Below the pieces are notes generated by a model. The model saw only the letters and a program-made list of their open reading frames with translations, searched no databases and was not told the origin of the DNA. A stretch of DNA of 64,000 nucleotides. It comes from a virus. A program made the position numbers and the translations under genes. Every line of letters begins with the position of its first letter. The first letter of the stretch is position 1. The stretch is from the IMG/VR virus record IMGVR_UViG_3300022934_000004; one strand, 5' to 3'. This document shows, piece after piece, positions 1-8,501 of this stretch.

Positions 1-399
1 GCAACTCGTCCAGCAAAAGTTGTGTTTGTTGAAACAGAAAGAGTTTACGAAAATGTTTATGTTGAAAAAGAAGTTTGTACACGTGAAAGAATTGAATATA
101 CTACACCAAGCGGCGATGTTCTTGGAGGCCTAATTATTGGTGGAATCCTTGGTAAAATCATCACAGGTGATGATGGAGGTGCTGCTGTAGGTGCTGTACT
201 TGGTGCAGGTATTGAAGGTAATAAAAGAAAACATGTAGGTCATGGGTACGAAACTAAATGTGAAATTGTAGTTGAACCTGTTAAACGTGAAATCAATATG
301 TATGTCGTCCATTGGAAATATAAAGGAAAGCGTGGATATTTCTTTACAGAAAAGAAACACTACGTAGGCCATACTATTCACGTTGATGTAGGCCACTAA
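1..399 (+). CDS. Glycine-zipper 2TM domain protein, 5'-truncated (frame open from base 1)
   Basis: GGLIIGGILGKIITGDDGGAAVGAVLGAGI glycine zipper; frame has no stop upstream of the listed GTG. Confidence 0.7.
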   Translation, partial: ATRPAKVVFVETERVYENVYVEKEVCTRERIEYTTPSGDVLGGLIIGGILGKIITGDDGGAAVGAVLGAGIEGNKRKHVGHGYETKCEIVVEPVKREINMYVVHWKYKGKRGYFFTEKKHYVGHTIHVDVGH

Positions 400-1040
400 T
401 GGTATTTAAATTAAGTGGTGATTTAAATAGATGGGGCATAGGAAAAATCGGGAATGGTTTAGTTCATCCAGACAAAACTAGATTTTGGTTAGATATTCCA
501 AAAAATGCATCACAAACTACAATTCATGGATTAACTAATCGTCATAAAAATGATGGAAAATGGCAACCAATTAATTCATCAAACTTTAATGTTAATAAAA
601 CTCACAAATATTTAATTGTTAGAGATCCGATCCAGAGATGGGTTGGATCTTCAGTAGAATTAGCATGGCATTTTCATAAACATAAATCAGAGGGAGATTT
701 TTTTGCACAAAAAAATTTAAGAGAATGGTATGATATGCACGCACAGCCTGATCTTCACCACTTACCGCAATGGGTATGGGCAAGATATTTAGACTTATAT
801 AATGGTACAACTTTTATTATAATGGACGATAAAGATATTAAATTAAAATTAAAAAAAGCATTTCCAGATTATGATTTTGATATAAATGTAAATTATACTG
901 AAGATAGTGAATTTAAGAAGAAAATGAAATATCGTATTATGGATGAGTTCATGACTGATCCTATATTTGTAGATAAGTTAAAAGATTATTACGCTGAAGA
1001 CTACGATTTACTTGAACTAGCACATAAAAATCAGTTATAG
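399..1040 (+). CDS. Sulfotransferase family 2-like protein
   Basis: PAPS-binding-like motifs WLDIPKNASQT and VRDPIQRWVGS; C-terminal YAEDYDL. Confidence 0.7.
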   Translation: MVFKLSGDLNRWGIGKIGNGLVHPDKTRFWLDIPKNASQTTIHGLTNRHKNDGKWQPINSSNFNVNKTHKYLIVRDPIQRWVGSSVELAWHFHKHKSEGDFFAQKNLREWYDMHAQPDLHHLPQWVWARYLDLYNGTTFIIMDDKDIKLKLKKAFPDYDFDINVNYTEDSEFKKKMKYRIMDEFMTDPIFVDKLKDYYAEDYDLLELAHKNQL

Positions 1041-1055
1041 ATATAGAGGTAACAT

Positions 1056-1151
1056 ATGGTTGATAGTAACGATGAAGATCCAGAACCAATACGGTATTAT
1101 GAATGGATGCTTTGGAAATTGAGACAAGAGCGGAAAGAAAATGACAAATAA
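1056..1151 (+). CDS. 31-aa peptide MVDSNDEDPEPIRYYEWMLWKLRQERKENDK (not in ORF track)
   Basis: GAGGT Shine-Dalgarno before ATG 1056; fills the gap and overlaps the radical SAM start. Confidence 0.6.
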   Translation: MVDSNDEDPEPIRYYEWMLWKLRQERKENDK

Positions 1152-1989
1152 AAGATATAAAGATTTCTATGACGACAATAATTTGTGGATGTGGTTAGAT
1201 ATATGTACAAACTGTAATGCAGGATGTCCCGAATGTCACAGAACAGATTGGGAAGGTGGAGGCCTAGGAAAGCAAGAATGGCTTCCTCTTGTTAGTTGGA
1301 CCTTTGCACAATTTAAAAAGGTTTATCCTCCTGAGTTTATTAAAAGAGTAAAAGAGTGGGATATTTGTGGAACGTGGGGAGACCCTGCAATGTGTAAAGA
1401 TCTATATGAAATTGCAGAATATATTATTACACATCGTCCTAATGTTAAATTAAGCATTGATACAAATGGTAGTATTAGGTCTAAAGCCTGGTGGAGAAAA
1501 CTTGGTGAATTATCTAAACTTATGCCAATAGATGAAGGTGTAAGACCTATTAGAGTTGATTGGGCAATCGAAGGCATCAATCAAGAAATGCATCAAGCGT
1601 ATCGTAGAAAAACTCACTTAAATAAAGTGCTAGGAAATATGCAAGCTTTTGTTGAAGGTGGTGGTTATGCAACAGCTATGGTGGTTGTTCATAAACATAA
1701 TCAAAACTATTTGCAAGAAATTAAAGATTTAGCAATGTCTTATGGTGCAACCGAAGCCTGGTTTACAGAATCAAATCGTTTTTATAATGGTCCTATTTTC
1801 CATTTTAAAGATGAACATGGTAATGATGCTACATTAGAACAAGCTGGTGGTGACTATTATAAACCTAATCCTGTTAGACCACCTCAAGCGGATTGGAAAA
1901 CAAGAGTAGAAAAACAAGCCTGGTTTAAAGAAGCACAAGAGGGCGTAGATGAAATAGAGGAATTTGAAGATGAAGACAACTTGTATTGA
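1141..1989 (+). CDS. Radical SAM enzyme (core domain only)
   Basis: CNAGCPEC = CxxxCxxC; CGTWGDP, DTNGS and AIEG motifs. Confidence 0.88.
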   Translation: MTNKRYKDFYDDNNLWMWLDICTNCNAGCPECHRTDWEGGGLGKQEWLPLVSWTFAQFKKVYPPEFIKRVKEWDICGTWGDPAMCKDLYEIAEYIITHRPNVKLSIDTNGSIRSKAWWRKLGELSKLMPIDEGVRPIRVDWAIEGINQEMHQAYRRKTHLNKVLGNMQAFVEGGGYATAMVVVHKHNQNYLQEIKDLAMSYGATEAWFTESNRFYNGPIFHFKDEHGNDATLEQAGGDYYKPNPVRPPQADWKTRVEKQAWFKEAQEGVDEIEEFEDEDNLY

Positions 1990-2377
1990 ATGTAGTTGGC
2001 AAAATGAAGGAAAAATTTTAATTAATCCTGATGGCCAAGTTTTTCCTTGCTGTTATCTTGCCAATAAGACATATAAAGCTGATCAGCATGGTGCAGCATT
2101 TGCTACTATGGAAGAAAAATCTGAAGAATGGGGCAATTGGTTTTGGAAAGAAAAGTCTGATGCGATTATGAGAAAATACATAGAGCATAAAGACGATTTA
2201 AACGTATTTAATAAACCAATGGAAGAAATTGTAAATCACCCTTGGTTTACAGAATGGCTGCCTGAGTCATGGGAAGAAGAAGAAACACGTAATGAAATTT
2301 GTGTTACGTTTTGTGAAGTTCCTGTAGATGAAGAAGAGAAAAAAGAATTCTTTGAAAAGTATACAAATTCATCATGA
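1970..2377 (+). CDS. Stand-alone SPASM/twitch Fe-S domain protein
   Basis: C...ILINPDGQVFPCC...CVTFC; own GAGG RBS before ATG 1970. Confidence 0.75.
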   Translation: MKTTCIECSWQNEGKILINPDGQVFPCCYLANKTYKADQHGAAFATMEEKSEEWGNWFWKEKSDAIMRKYIEHKDDLNVFNKPMEEIVNHPWFTEWLPESWEEEETRNEICVTFCEVPVDEEEKKEFFEKYTNSS

Positions 2378-3735
2378 CATTAATTGTTGGCATAAGTGAG
2401 GGATTTCACGATGCCGGCCATTGCGTGATTAAAAATGGAAGAATTATTAAGGCTGAGCATTCTGAAAGATTTACTCGTAAAAAAAATGATAGATGGTTAT
2501 CTGATAACTCTGCAACAGATATTTGCAGAGCAGACTTAGTTGCTTTTTATGAAAAACCTTGGCTAAAAAAGACTCGGCAGTTTTATGCTGGACAAGGCTG
2601 GAAGAAAACTCATACAAAATATGATATTTGTTTTCCTCATCATATGTCTCATGCCGCAGCTGGATTCTATACATCGACATTTGATGAATGCGATATTTTA
2701 GTAGTTGATGCCATTGGTGAATGGGATACTATTTCTATCTGGAAAGCCTGGATGGATGGCGATATACCAAAAATGAAAAAGACCAAGAGTTGGAAGTATC
2801 CATATTCTCTTGGTCTTTTTTATTCTGCGGTAACACAAAGAATTGGACTTAAACCGCAAGAAGATGAATATATTACAATGGGTATGGCAGCTTATGGTTC
2901 TCCTAAACATGTCACAGCCTTGCAACCTTATATGGAATCTAACTGCCATAAAGGTATTGGCAATGCAATTCCAGAAGCAAAAGATGAAGATCTTGCAGCC
3001 TCTGCCCAATTTTGCATTGAAAGAGAAATATTACATATAATAGACAAATATTGTTCTCATAAAAATTTAGTGTTTATGGGAGGTGTGGCTCTTAATTGTG
3101 TTTTAAATACTAAGATAGCTGAACGTGGAAAAAATATGTGGATTATGCCTAATCCTGGTGACTGTGGATCCTCTCTTGGCGCTGCAGCATTAGCATATGG
3201 TAAAAAATTAAAATGGAGGCACCCATATCTTGGTACAGACATACGAAGAGAAATCAATCCTACAGAAGTTGTTGAACATTTGCTTAAGCATTCTTATTGC
3301 GGTGTTGCAAACGGTCGTGCAGAGTTTGGCCCTCGCGCTCTTGGCAATCGTAGCTTGCTTGCTGATCCTAGACGAGATATTAAAGACACAGTTAACCAAA
3401 TTAAACGTCGACAAAAGTTTCGACCCTTTGCACCCGCAATCATGGAAGAATATGCTGACGAATATTTTGAAGGACCGATGAATGAGTATATGCAGTTTGT
3501 AGCAAAAGCTAAACATGATTATTCTTCAGTAACACATGTAGACGGTACAGCAAGAGTACAAATTGTAAGAAAGAATTGTATGTCACCACTAAGAATTATT
3601 TTAGAAGAATGGATGGATAAAACAGGTGTTCCTATGTTATTAAATACAAGTCTTAATATTAAAGGACAGCCTATGGTAGATACATGGGAACACGCGAAAC
3701 AATTCGAGGAGCATTATAATGTTAAAGTCTTCTAA
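2374..3735 (+). CDS. Carbamoyltransferase (NodU/CmcH family)
   Basis: GFHDAG, HHMSHAA, VVDAIGE, GGVALNC, EFGPRALGNRSLL, FRPFAP, HVDGTARVQ, LLNTSLN. Confidence 0.93.
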   Translation: MTLIVGISEGFHDAGHCVIKNGRIIKAEHSERFTRKKNDRWLSDNSATDICRADLVAFYEKPWLKKTRQFYAGQGWKKTHTKYDICFPHHMSHAAAGFYTSTFDECDILVVDAIGEWDTISIWKAWMDGDIPKMKKTKSWKYPYSLGLFYSAVTQRIGLKPQEDEYITMGMAAYGSPKHVTALQPYMESNCHKGIGNAIPEAKDEDLAASAQFCIEREILHIIDKYCSHKNLVFMGGVALNCVLNTKIAERGKNMWIMPNPGDCGSSLGAAALAYGKKLKWRHPYLGTDIRREINPTEVVEHLLKHSYCGVANGRAEFGPRALGNRSLLADPRRDIKDTVNQIKRRQKFRPFAPAIMEEYADEYFEGPMNEYMQFVAKAKHDYSSVTHVDGTARVQIVRKNCMSPLRIILEEWMDKTGVPMLLNTSLNIKGQPMVDTWEHAKQFEEHYNVKVF

Positions 3736-4552
3736 AATATTATTTGCTTCTGGTTGTAGTTTTACACAAGAAGGTTGGACAATTACAGAAGCAAATTATA
3801 TGAAAGATTATCCAACAGGACCACATCCAATGTGGCCTGAAATCTTAGGAAATAAAATGAATTTAAAGGTTGTCAATCACGGTCGTGGTGGGCATGGTAA
3901 TGATTACATTATGCAAGACAGCATAAAATTTATTCTTGACAATTATAAGAATATAGAATTAGTTTGTATTCAATGGTCACAATTAACTAGAATGTGGGTT
4001 TATGATATGAATTATTTTAATCCTTCAGTCTGGTTAAATGAAGAATATCGTAAATATGGAAGACCTGAATGGGAAGAAGATGATTTTAATGGCTTTCCAA
4101 ATATTTTTGGTGATAGATTTAAAGCTTCTACAAAATTAATGAAATTTGTTATAAGAGATCCGTATACTGTTGTAGATTTATTTAAAAAGTATCTTAGAGA
4201 AATATACACACTTCAAAAATTATGTGAAGAATTAAATGTGAAATATATTATGGGTCAAGGGTTTACTTCTCATCAGTTAGATCAATGGAAATTAGTTAAT
4301 CCTGATTTGGATTGGAAAGAAGTTTTAAGTTGCTTAGTTGGACAACCAGAGTTTCATTTAATTAATAAGAAAACATTTATGGGTTGGCCTTGTCTTCCTG
4401 AGCTTGGTGGTATAACAATGACAGATCATCATCCAGAATTTTCGCCTATTCCAAAAAATAGAATAAATCCTATAGATCCACATCCAAGCGCTTATGGCCA
4501 AAAACTTTTAGCTGAGCAATTTCATAGCAAATATGTAGAGTTATACGGATGA
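3719..4552 (+). CDS. SGNH/GDSL-like hydrolase or acyltransferase
   Basis: N-terminal GCSFT, NHGRGGHGN, C-terminal DPHP. Confidence 0.65.
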   Translation: MLKSSKILFASGCSFTQEGWTITEANYMKDYPTGPHPMWPEILGNKMNLKVVNHGRGGHGNDYIMQDSIKFILDNYKNIELVCIQWSQLTRMWVYDMNYFNPSVWLNEEYRKYGRPEWEEDDFNGFPNIFGDRFKASTKLMKFVIRDPYTVVDLFKKYLREIYTLQKLCEELNVKYIMGQGFTSHQLDQWKLVNPDLDWKEVLSCLVGQPEFHLINKKTFMGWPCLPELGGITMTDHHPEFSPIPKNRINPIDPHPSAYGQKLLAEQFHSKYVELYG

Positions 4553-5499
4553 CTTATGTTTTATTTAGTGGTTGTAGTTTCACCGCAGAATCATATTACT
4601 GGCACCAATTTATAAGAACGCCTGAAGAAAATTTATTACATGATTATCACAGAGGTTTAAACCTCTTTCCAGCCTGGCCTGAAATTTTAACAAATCAGCT
4701 TAATAAAAAGACAGGCAGTAATCATGAATGTGTTAATGTTGCTGTGTCTGGAGATAGCAATCAACAAGCTATTAGAAATATATTTACTTATCTTGAAACT
4801 CATGAAAAACCAGAAGCAATAGTCATAGGTCTTACTGAATGGACAAGATTTGTAGATTATTATGGTAATGCTATAACTTGTTCGCTTGTTAGCCATTTAA
4901 GTCAACGAGGATTTTATGATGATCCAGAATCATTTGATGAGCTTGAAGAAATTATCATTGACTATCAACAATCAAGATATCAAGGGCATAAACTAAAATC
5001 CGCCACTGCGTCTACTATTTTTGGATTTATGGAAGGAAAGCAAGCAAGAAAATACTATCGAGGAGCAATAGAACTGAATTTAGATTATTTAGAATATTTA
5101 ATTCTTTATTGCCGTGTAAATGAAATAAAACTTCTTCTTTGTCAAGTTCTATCTCCTTGGTGGGGTGGTAGTCTAAATCCAGAAGATTATGAAGAATCCA
5201 AAAAGCACATAGGTTATGAGTGTAATAACTTAAAAAATAGAATAAATACTATTGAAAGTTATTTTGATGCAAACTGTAAATTTCATACTGAAAAGGAAAT
5301 AGGATTAGAAAATTCATTAAGATGGAATTCGAATTGTCTGACTAGGAAATGGAAACACTGTCATTCTTTTCATTGTTCTAATGTTGTGATCCCATCTACT
5401 GGTAAACCTGATCCTGGAGATCAACACCCAAATAAAGAAGGACATGAGTATATTGCGAGCCTTATATTTAAAGATTTTAATGCATTATTCAATCATTAA
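4549..5499 (+). CDS. SGNH/GDSL-like hydrolase or acyltransferase (paralog)
   Basis: GCSFT, NVAVSGDSN, DQHPNKEGH. Confidence 0.65.
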   Translation: MTYVLFSGCSFTAESYYWHQFIRTPEENLLHDYHRGLNLFPAWPEILTNQLNKKTGSNHECVNVAVSGDSNQQAIRNIFTYLETHEKPEAIVIGLTEWTRFVDYYGNAITCSLVSHLSQRGFYDDPESFDELEEIIIDYQQSRYQGHKLKSATASTIFGFMEGKQARKYYRGAIELNLDYLEYLILYCRVNEIKLLLCQVLSPWWGGSLNPEDYEESKKHIGYECNNLKNRINTIESYFDANCKFHTEKEIGLENSLRWNSNCLTRKWKHCHSFHCSNVVIPSTGKPDPGDQHPNKEGHEYIASLIFKDFNALFNH

Positions 5500-5579
5500 A
5501 TACAAAATTAGAATGAAATTTTTCAAGCCGAAACACGAAGAAAAAACTCACGTGTTTATTTACGAACAGGACGAGTAAA

Positions 5580-5843
5580 ATGGAAGACATATTTGATTTT
5601 GGTTTCACCGCTGTTGATGAAACAGAATTAGAAGCAGTTCAAAAAGCAACAACAGCTGCTACAGAAACTGCAGCTACTGCCACATCTTATCAAGATAGAC
5701 TTGATAAATTATACAATGCTGTTACACCTCTTCTTAATAACCTAAAAAAGAATCCAGAAAAAGAATACATTTTATGGCCGAATCGGTTAGCAAAAGTAGA
5801 AGAATTTGAGACACATTTGCAAAAAATTTATAGCGGCAGCTGA
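5580..5843 (+). CDS. Hypothetical phage protein
   Basis: Intact ORF; FDFGFTAVDE / KNPEKEYILWPNR type recalled from T4-like phages. Confidence 0.7.
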   Translation: MEDIFDFGFTAVDETELEAVQKATTAATETAATATSYQDRLDKLYNAVTPLLNNLKKNPEKEYILWPNRLAKVEEFETHLQKIYSGS

Positions 5844-5853
5844 AAAAAAAACG

Positions 5854-5923
5854 TAAGCGATTGATTTCTATCAGTTTTTAATTGCACTTTTTCCTTTACA
5901 TTACTGTGAAAATAGTGTAGATT
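5854..5923 (+). promoter_or_regulatory. Early sigma70-type promoter with upstream IHF-like site
   Basis: TAAGCGATTGATT 5854-5866 (YAANNNNTTGATW); -35 TTTACA 5895-5900, 17-nt spacer, -10 TAGATT 5918-5923. Confidence 0.7.
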
Positions 5924-5956
5924 AGTTATATAAGGTAAAAAAAACTGGAGAAAAAA

Positions 5957-6274
5957 ATGCAAATCTTAGTTCAACATCAAGAATTCGACAACGATACTGG
6001 CGAAGTGATTGGTTTCACTGACGTTGCTAAAGTTGATGTCACTGATTTCATTAACCACGGTGTTAATGAACAGCTTGAATATGCATGGCGTTATACAAAT
6101 AACGTAATGGGTAGCTGGTCTAAAAAAATTGGCGGTGACGCAAATGACGATGTTGAAGTTTTGGTTGAGCGTGAAGATGGTTTAGGTCTTCGTTCTTCAA
6201 TGATGGGTGATCGTATGATCGTTGATGGTGTAACTTACAAAGTTGCAATCGCTGGTTTTAAGGAGGTAGCGTAA
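5957..6274 (+). CDS. Early protein, possibly YodL-like
   Basis: GGAG RBS; C-terminal RSSMMGDRMIVDG-YKVA-GF. Confidence 0.6.
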   Translation: MQILVQHQEFDNDTGEVIGFTDVAKVDVTDFINHGVNEQLEYAWRYTNNVMGSWSKKIGGDANDDVEVLVEREDGLGLRSSMMGDRMIVDGVTYKVAIAGFKEVA

Positions 6275-6630
6275 TGTACAAAGGTTATCAAGAAAAATTG
6301 TTTAGTAACTCATGGGGTGTAAACTCTGGTTTCGAAACTCTTAGAGATCAACTTAACGAGTTGATTCCATTGTCTGGTGCTTGTGAAAATCCACGGACCA
6401 AGAACAAGGCACTTGACAAGTTCCGTAGAGCTCAAAATGCAGCTTACGATCTTTTTAACAATGGTCTTTGCAATAAGCGTGGTCTCTTCAACCAGATCTA
6501 TGGATTTGCTCCGACTCAGCGCTGCACTAACTATGCTAGTCGGTTACAGTGGGGTCACTGGGAAGACCGAGTCGAGGAGGTCCTGACTCCGATCATTATC
6601 GCTGCGGCTCGTGAACAGGGGATAAAGTAA
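6274..6630 (+). CDS. Hypothetical early protein
   Basis: AGGAGG RBS, TAATG coupling. Confidence 0.75.
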   Translation: MYKGYQEKLFSNSWGVNSGFETLRDQLNELIPLSGACENPRTKNKALDKFRRAQNAAYDLFNNGLCNKRGLFNQIYGFAPTQRCTNYASRLQWGHWEDRVEEVLTPIIIAAAREQGIK

Positions 6631-6851
6631 TGGAATGGGAAGGAGTAACTTATGATGACCGCCATGGAGGCCCTTTTGATCGCGGATCGGCTGATTCGTA
6701 TTATCGTCGTGGTCCTGATCCTCACTTTTATATTGGGTCAACTTATCAAAGTGATCGCGTAGATGAAGGTGAAATGAGTGTAGATGAAATTAAAGCATAT
6801 TATGCTGGCTACATGTATAATGAAAAAGAAGGTGATAAAAAGGAATATTAA
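6630..6851 (+). CDS. Hypothetical early protein (HGGPFDRGSADSYY type)
   Basis: TAATG coupling; motif type recalled from phage early genes. Confidence 0.75.
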   Translation: MEWEGVTYDDRHGGPFDRGSADSYYRRGPDPHFYIGSTYQSDRVDEGEMSVDEIKAYYAGYMYNEKEGDKKEY

Positions 6852-7019
6852 ATGTATGATCTTCAAGATGAGATTGAAAAAGATTTCAATCAATGGGTGA
6901 AAGATAACAATTTGTTTGACATCCAAAAGCAAGCTCTACTAAATGCTTATGCCTATGAAAAAGGCTGGGCCCAATCCTCTGACTCTGGAATGGAAATTGT
7001 AGATGAGTTGGACAACTAA
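6852..7019 (+). CDS. 55-aa hypothetical protein (not in ORF track)
   Basis: MYDLQDEIEKDF...VDELDN; AGGA RBS; abuts the previous stop. Confidence 0.6.
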   Translation: MYDLQDEIEKDFNQWVKDNNLFDIQKQALLNAYAYEKGWAQSSDSGMEIVDELDN

Positions 7020-7143
7020 ACTATATGAAAAAGCAGCAGCTTTTCATAGCATTTCCGTTGAAGAATTGCAAGAGCGATTAGTAAACGGAGAAGCACTCAT
7101 CCATAAATATTATGTAGGTATTTATGGAAAGGACTTTATCTAA
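7003..7143 (+). CDS. 46-aa hypothetical protein (not in ORF track)
   Basis: MSWTTKLYEKAAAF...GKDFI; TAATG overlap with the next gene. Confidence 0.55.
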   Translation: MSWTTKLYEKAAAFHSISVEELQERLVNGEALIHKYYVGIYGKDFI

Positions 7144-7382
7144 TGTTTACTATTGAAACTGACATGGATGAAACTGCTATCACAATTATGGATGATACAG
7201 GAGAGCTTGAAGATGTTCAGGCTCTTTTGTACGATGACTATTGTCATATCAGACAATGGAATGAAAAGACTAAACTATTTGATGTAGTTACCTTAAAAGC
7301 TGAGATGTATTTAAAGCTAATGGAAGCTTGGAAGCTTGGTGATGGCACATATGTCTTAGAGAAAAAAAACGTAAGTGTTTGA
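7143..7382 (+). CDS. Hypothetical protein
   Basis: Coupled ORF with AGGA RBS. Confidence 0.7.
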   Translation: MFTIETDMDETAITIMDDTGELEDVQALLYDDYCHIRQWNEKTKLFDVVTLKAEMYLKLMEAWKLGDGTYVLEKKNVSV

Positions 7383-7431
7383 TTTTAAACGAAACAAAAA
7401 GGTGTACAATCGGTTTAAACTATGGTAGATT
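7372..7431 (+). promoter_or_regulatory. Early promoter with upstream IHF-like site
   Basis: TAAGTGTTTGATT 7372-7384; -35 TGTACA 7403-7408, 17 nt, TGG-TAGATT 7426-7431. Confidence 0.7.
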
Positions 7432-7456
7432 GGTTCTAGAAATTATGGAGGTCTAC

Positions 7457-7660
7457 ATGGATTTAATTACTACACTGACTATCAGCGAACGTTTAGCTAA
7501 CATTCAATTACAAGCCAACAATATGGCTTGGTCTAAGGAACGCTTGCTTCTTGAAATCGGTCAGCTTAAACTTGACCTTGAGGCGGAGGCTGAAAAAGCC
7601 GAAGCCGAATTTATCCGTGAAAATGCTGTCGAAATCTGCGCAGCAATCAACGCCGCTTAA
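7457..7660 (+). CDS. Hypothetical early coiled-coil protein (start moved to ATG 7457)
   Basis: GGAGG RBS before ATG 7457; the track's longer start overlaps the promoter. Confidence 0.7.
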   Translation: MDLITTLTISERLANIQLQANNMAWSKERLLLEIGQLKLDLEAEAEKAEAEFIRENAVEICAAINAA

Positions 7661-7671
7661 GGAGATATATT

Positions 7672-7917
7672 ATGGAATATGCAACTACTCAATCAGAACG
7701 TCTTGCTTTGATCAAGAAAGTCGCTAACCGCCGCAAAAAACTTGCAGCGGTCAAATCTAAAACTCGCAAGATACGAGCTCCTAAAGTTGATCGTTCTTTT
7801 ATGGACATCCCTAAAGAGTCTAACATGTATCAGTGGACTGATGCATCTAAATACGCCAAAGAATATTATGGCGAAACCATGTATGAAACTACAAGGTTTG
7901 ACAATGACTGGGATTAA
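7672..7917 (+). CDS. Hypothetical basic early protein
   Basis: AAGGAG RBS. Confidence 0.7.
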   Translation: MEYATTQSERLALIKKVANRRKKLAAVKSKTRKIRAPKVDRSFMDIPKESNMYQWTDASKYAKEYYGETMYETTRFDNDWD

Positions 7918-8182
7918 TCCAGAAATTCGTAATAGGATTCGTCTTTCCGTTGCAGCTTATGCTTATGAAATGGAAGACAATCCTATTATGGGCGATCATG
8001 AGTTTGATGAATTATCCAAGACTATTAATCCTGCTGAAAAAACTGGCAATAGAAAAATGGATAATTTTTTCAGAAAACATTTTAATCCTGACACCGGTAT
8101 GTGGATCCGCCTTCATCCTGAAAGGCAAAAAATAAAATGGATTTATGATACATACTACAAAAATAATGGTGTACAATCTTAA
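7904..8182 (+). CDS. Stand-alone NAD+-dependent DNA ligase N-terminal (Ia)-like domain
   Basis: AAYAYEMEDNPIMGDHEFDEL resembles the LigA domain Ia motif YYxxDxPxxSDxEYDxL. Confidence 0.6.
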   Translation: MTGINPEIRNRIRLSVAAYAYEMEDNPIMGDHEFDELSKTINPAEKTGNRKMDNFFRKHFNPDTGMWIRLHPERQKIKWIYDTYYKNNGVQS

Positions 8183-8198
8183 CGCACTGTGGTAGAAT
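8170..8198 (+). promoter_or_regulatory. Early promoter
   Basis: TGTACA-N17-TAGAAT with TGTGG extended -10, as in T4 early promoters. Confidence 0.72.
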
Positions 8199-8205
8199 AA
8201 TGGTT

Positions 8206-8412
8206 ATGAAAACTATACACTATGTAGGAATGGATTACGATACTTATCAGCGTGCTAGACGTGTATTCGGTGGTCCAGCCTATTACCACAGGTGGATGGA
8301 TGATCGTGTCTGGACTGAGGTTGCAGATAGCGACACTGTTGTAATTGGTGATCCAACTCATAGACAATATGTATGGGATGCCTCTGCCGTACCAAGAGAG
8401 TACACAGAATGA
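8206..8412 (+). CDS. Hypothetical early protein, probably leaderless
   Basis: ATG 8206 lies at the predicted transcription start; no RBS. Confidence 0.65.
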   Translation: MKTIHYVGMDYDTYQRARRVFGGPAYYHRWMDDRVWTEVADSDTVVIGDPTHRQYVWDASAVPREYTE

Positions 8413-8501
8413 GGCATGATCTTCTTTGGCGATATGTCCACATTGGACTACTCGTTGCAATAGTAGTAATCCCTTTAGTTCTAATAGGAGTTATGTTATG
8501 A
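8409..8501 (+). CDS. 30-aa membrane microprotein MRHDLLWRYVHIGLLVAIVVIPLVLIGVML (not in ORF track)
   Basis: ATGA overlaps at both ends; single hydrophobic helix. Confidence 0.62.
   Translation: MRHDLLWRYVHIGLLVAIVVIPLVLIGVML

Noticed and set aside
1960-1990. Pseudogene or sequencing frameshift in a single rSAM-SPASM gene
   Set aside because: The second ORF has its own RBS and ATG, and the first ends in a distinct acidic tail. A read check is still advisable.
5513-5578. 21-aa ORF MKFFKPKHEEKTHVFIYEQDE
   Set aside because: No RBS and no supporting motif.
7742-7903. N-terminal extension of the ligase-Ia-like ORF; similar extensions at 7379, 8426, 16107, 17124, 17153 and 39513
   Set aside because: They overlap upstream genes or promoters; downstream ATGs fit the RBS or promoter positions better.
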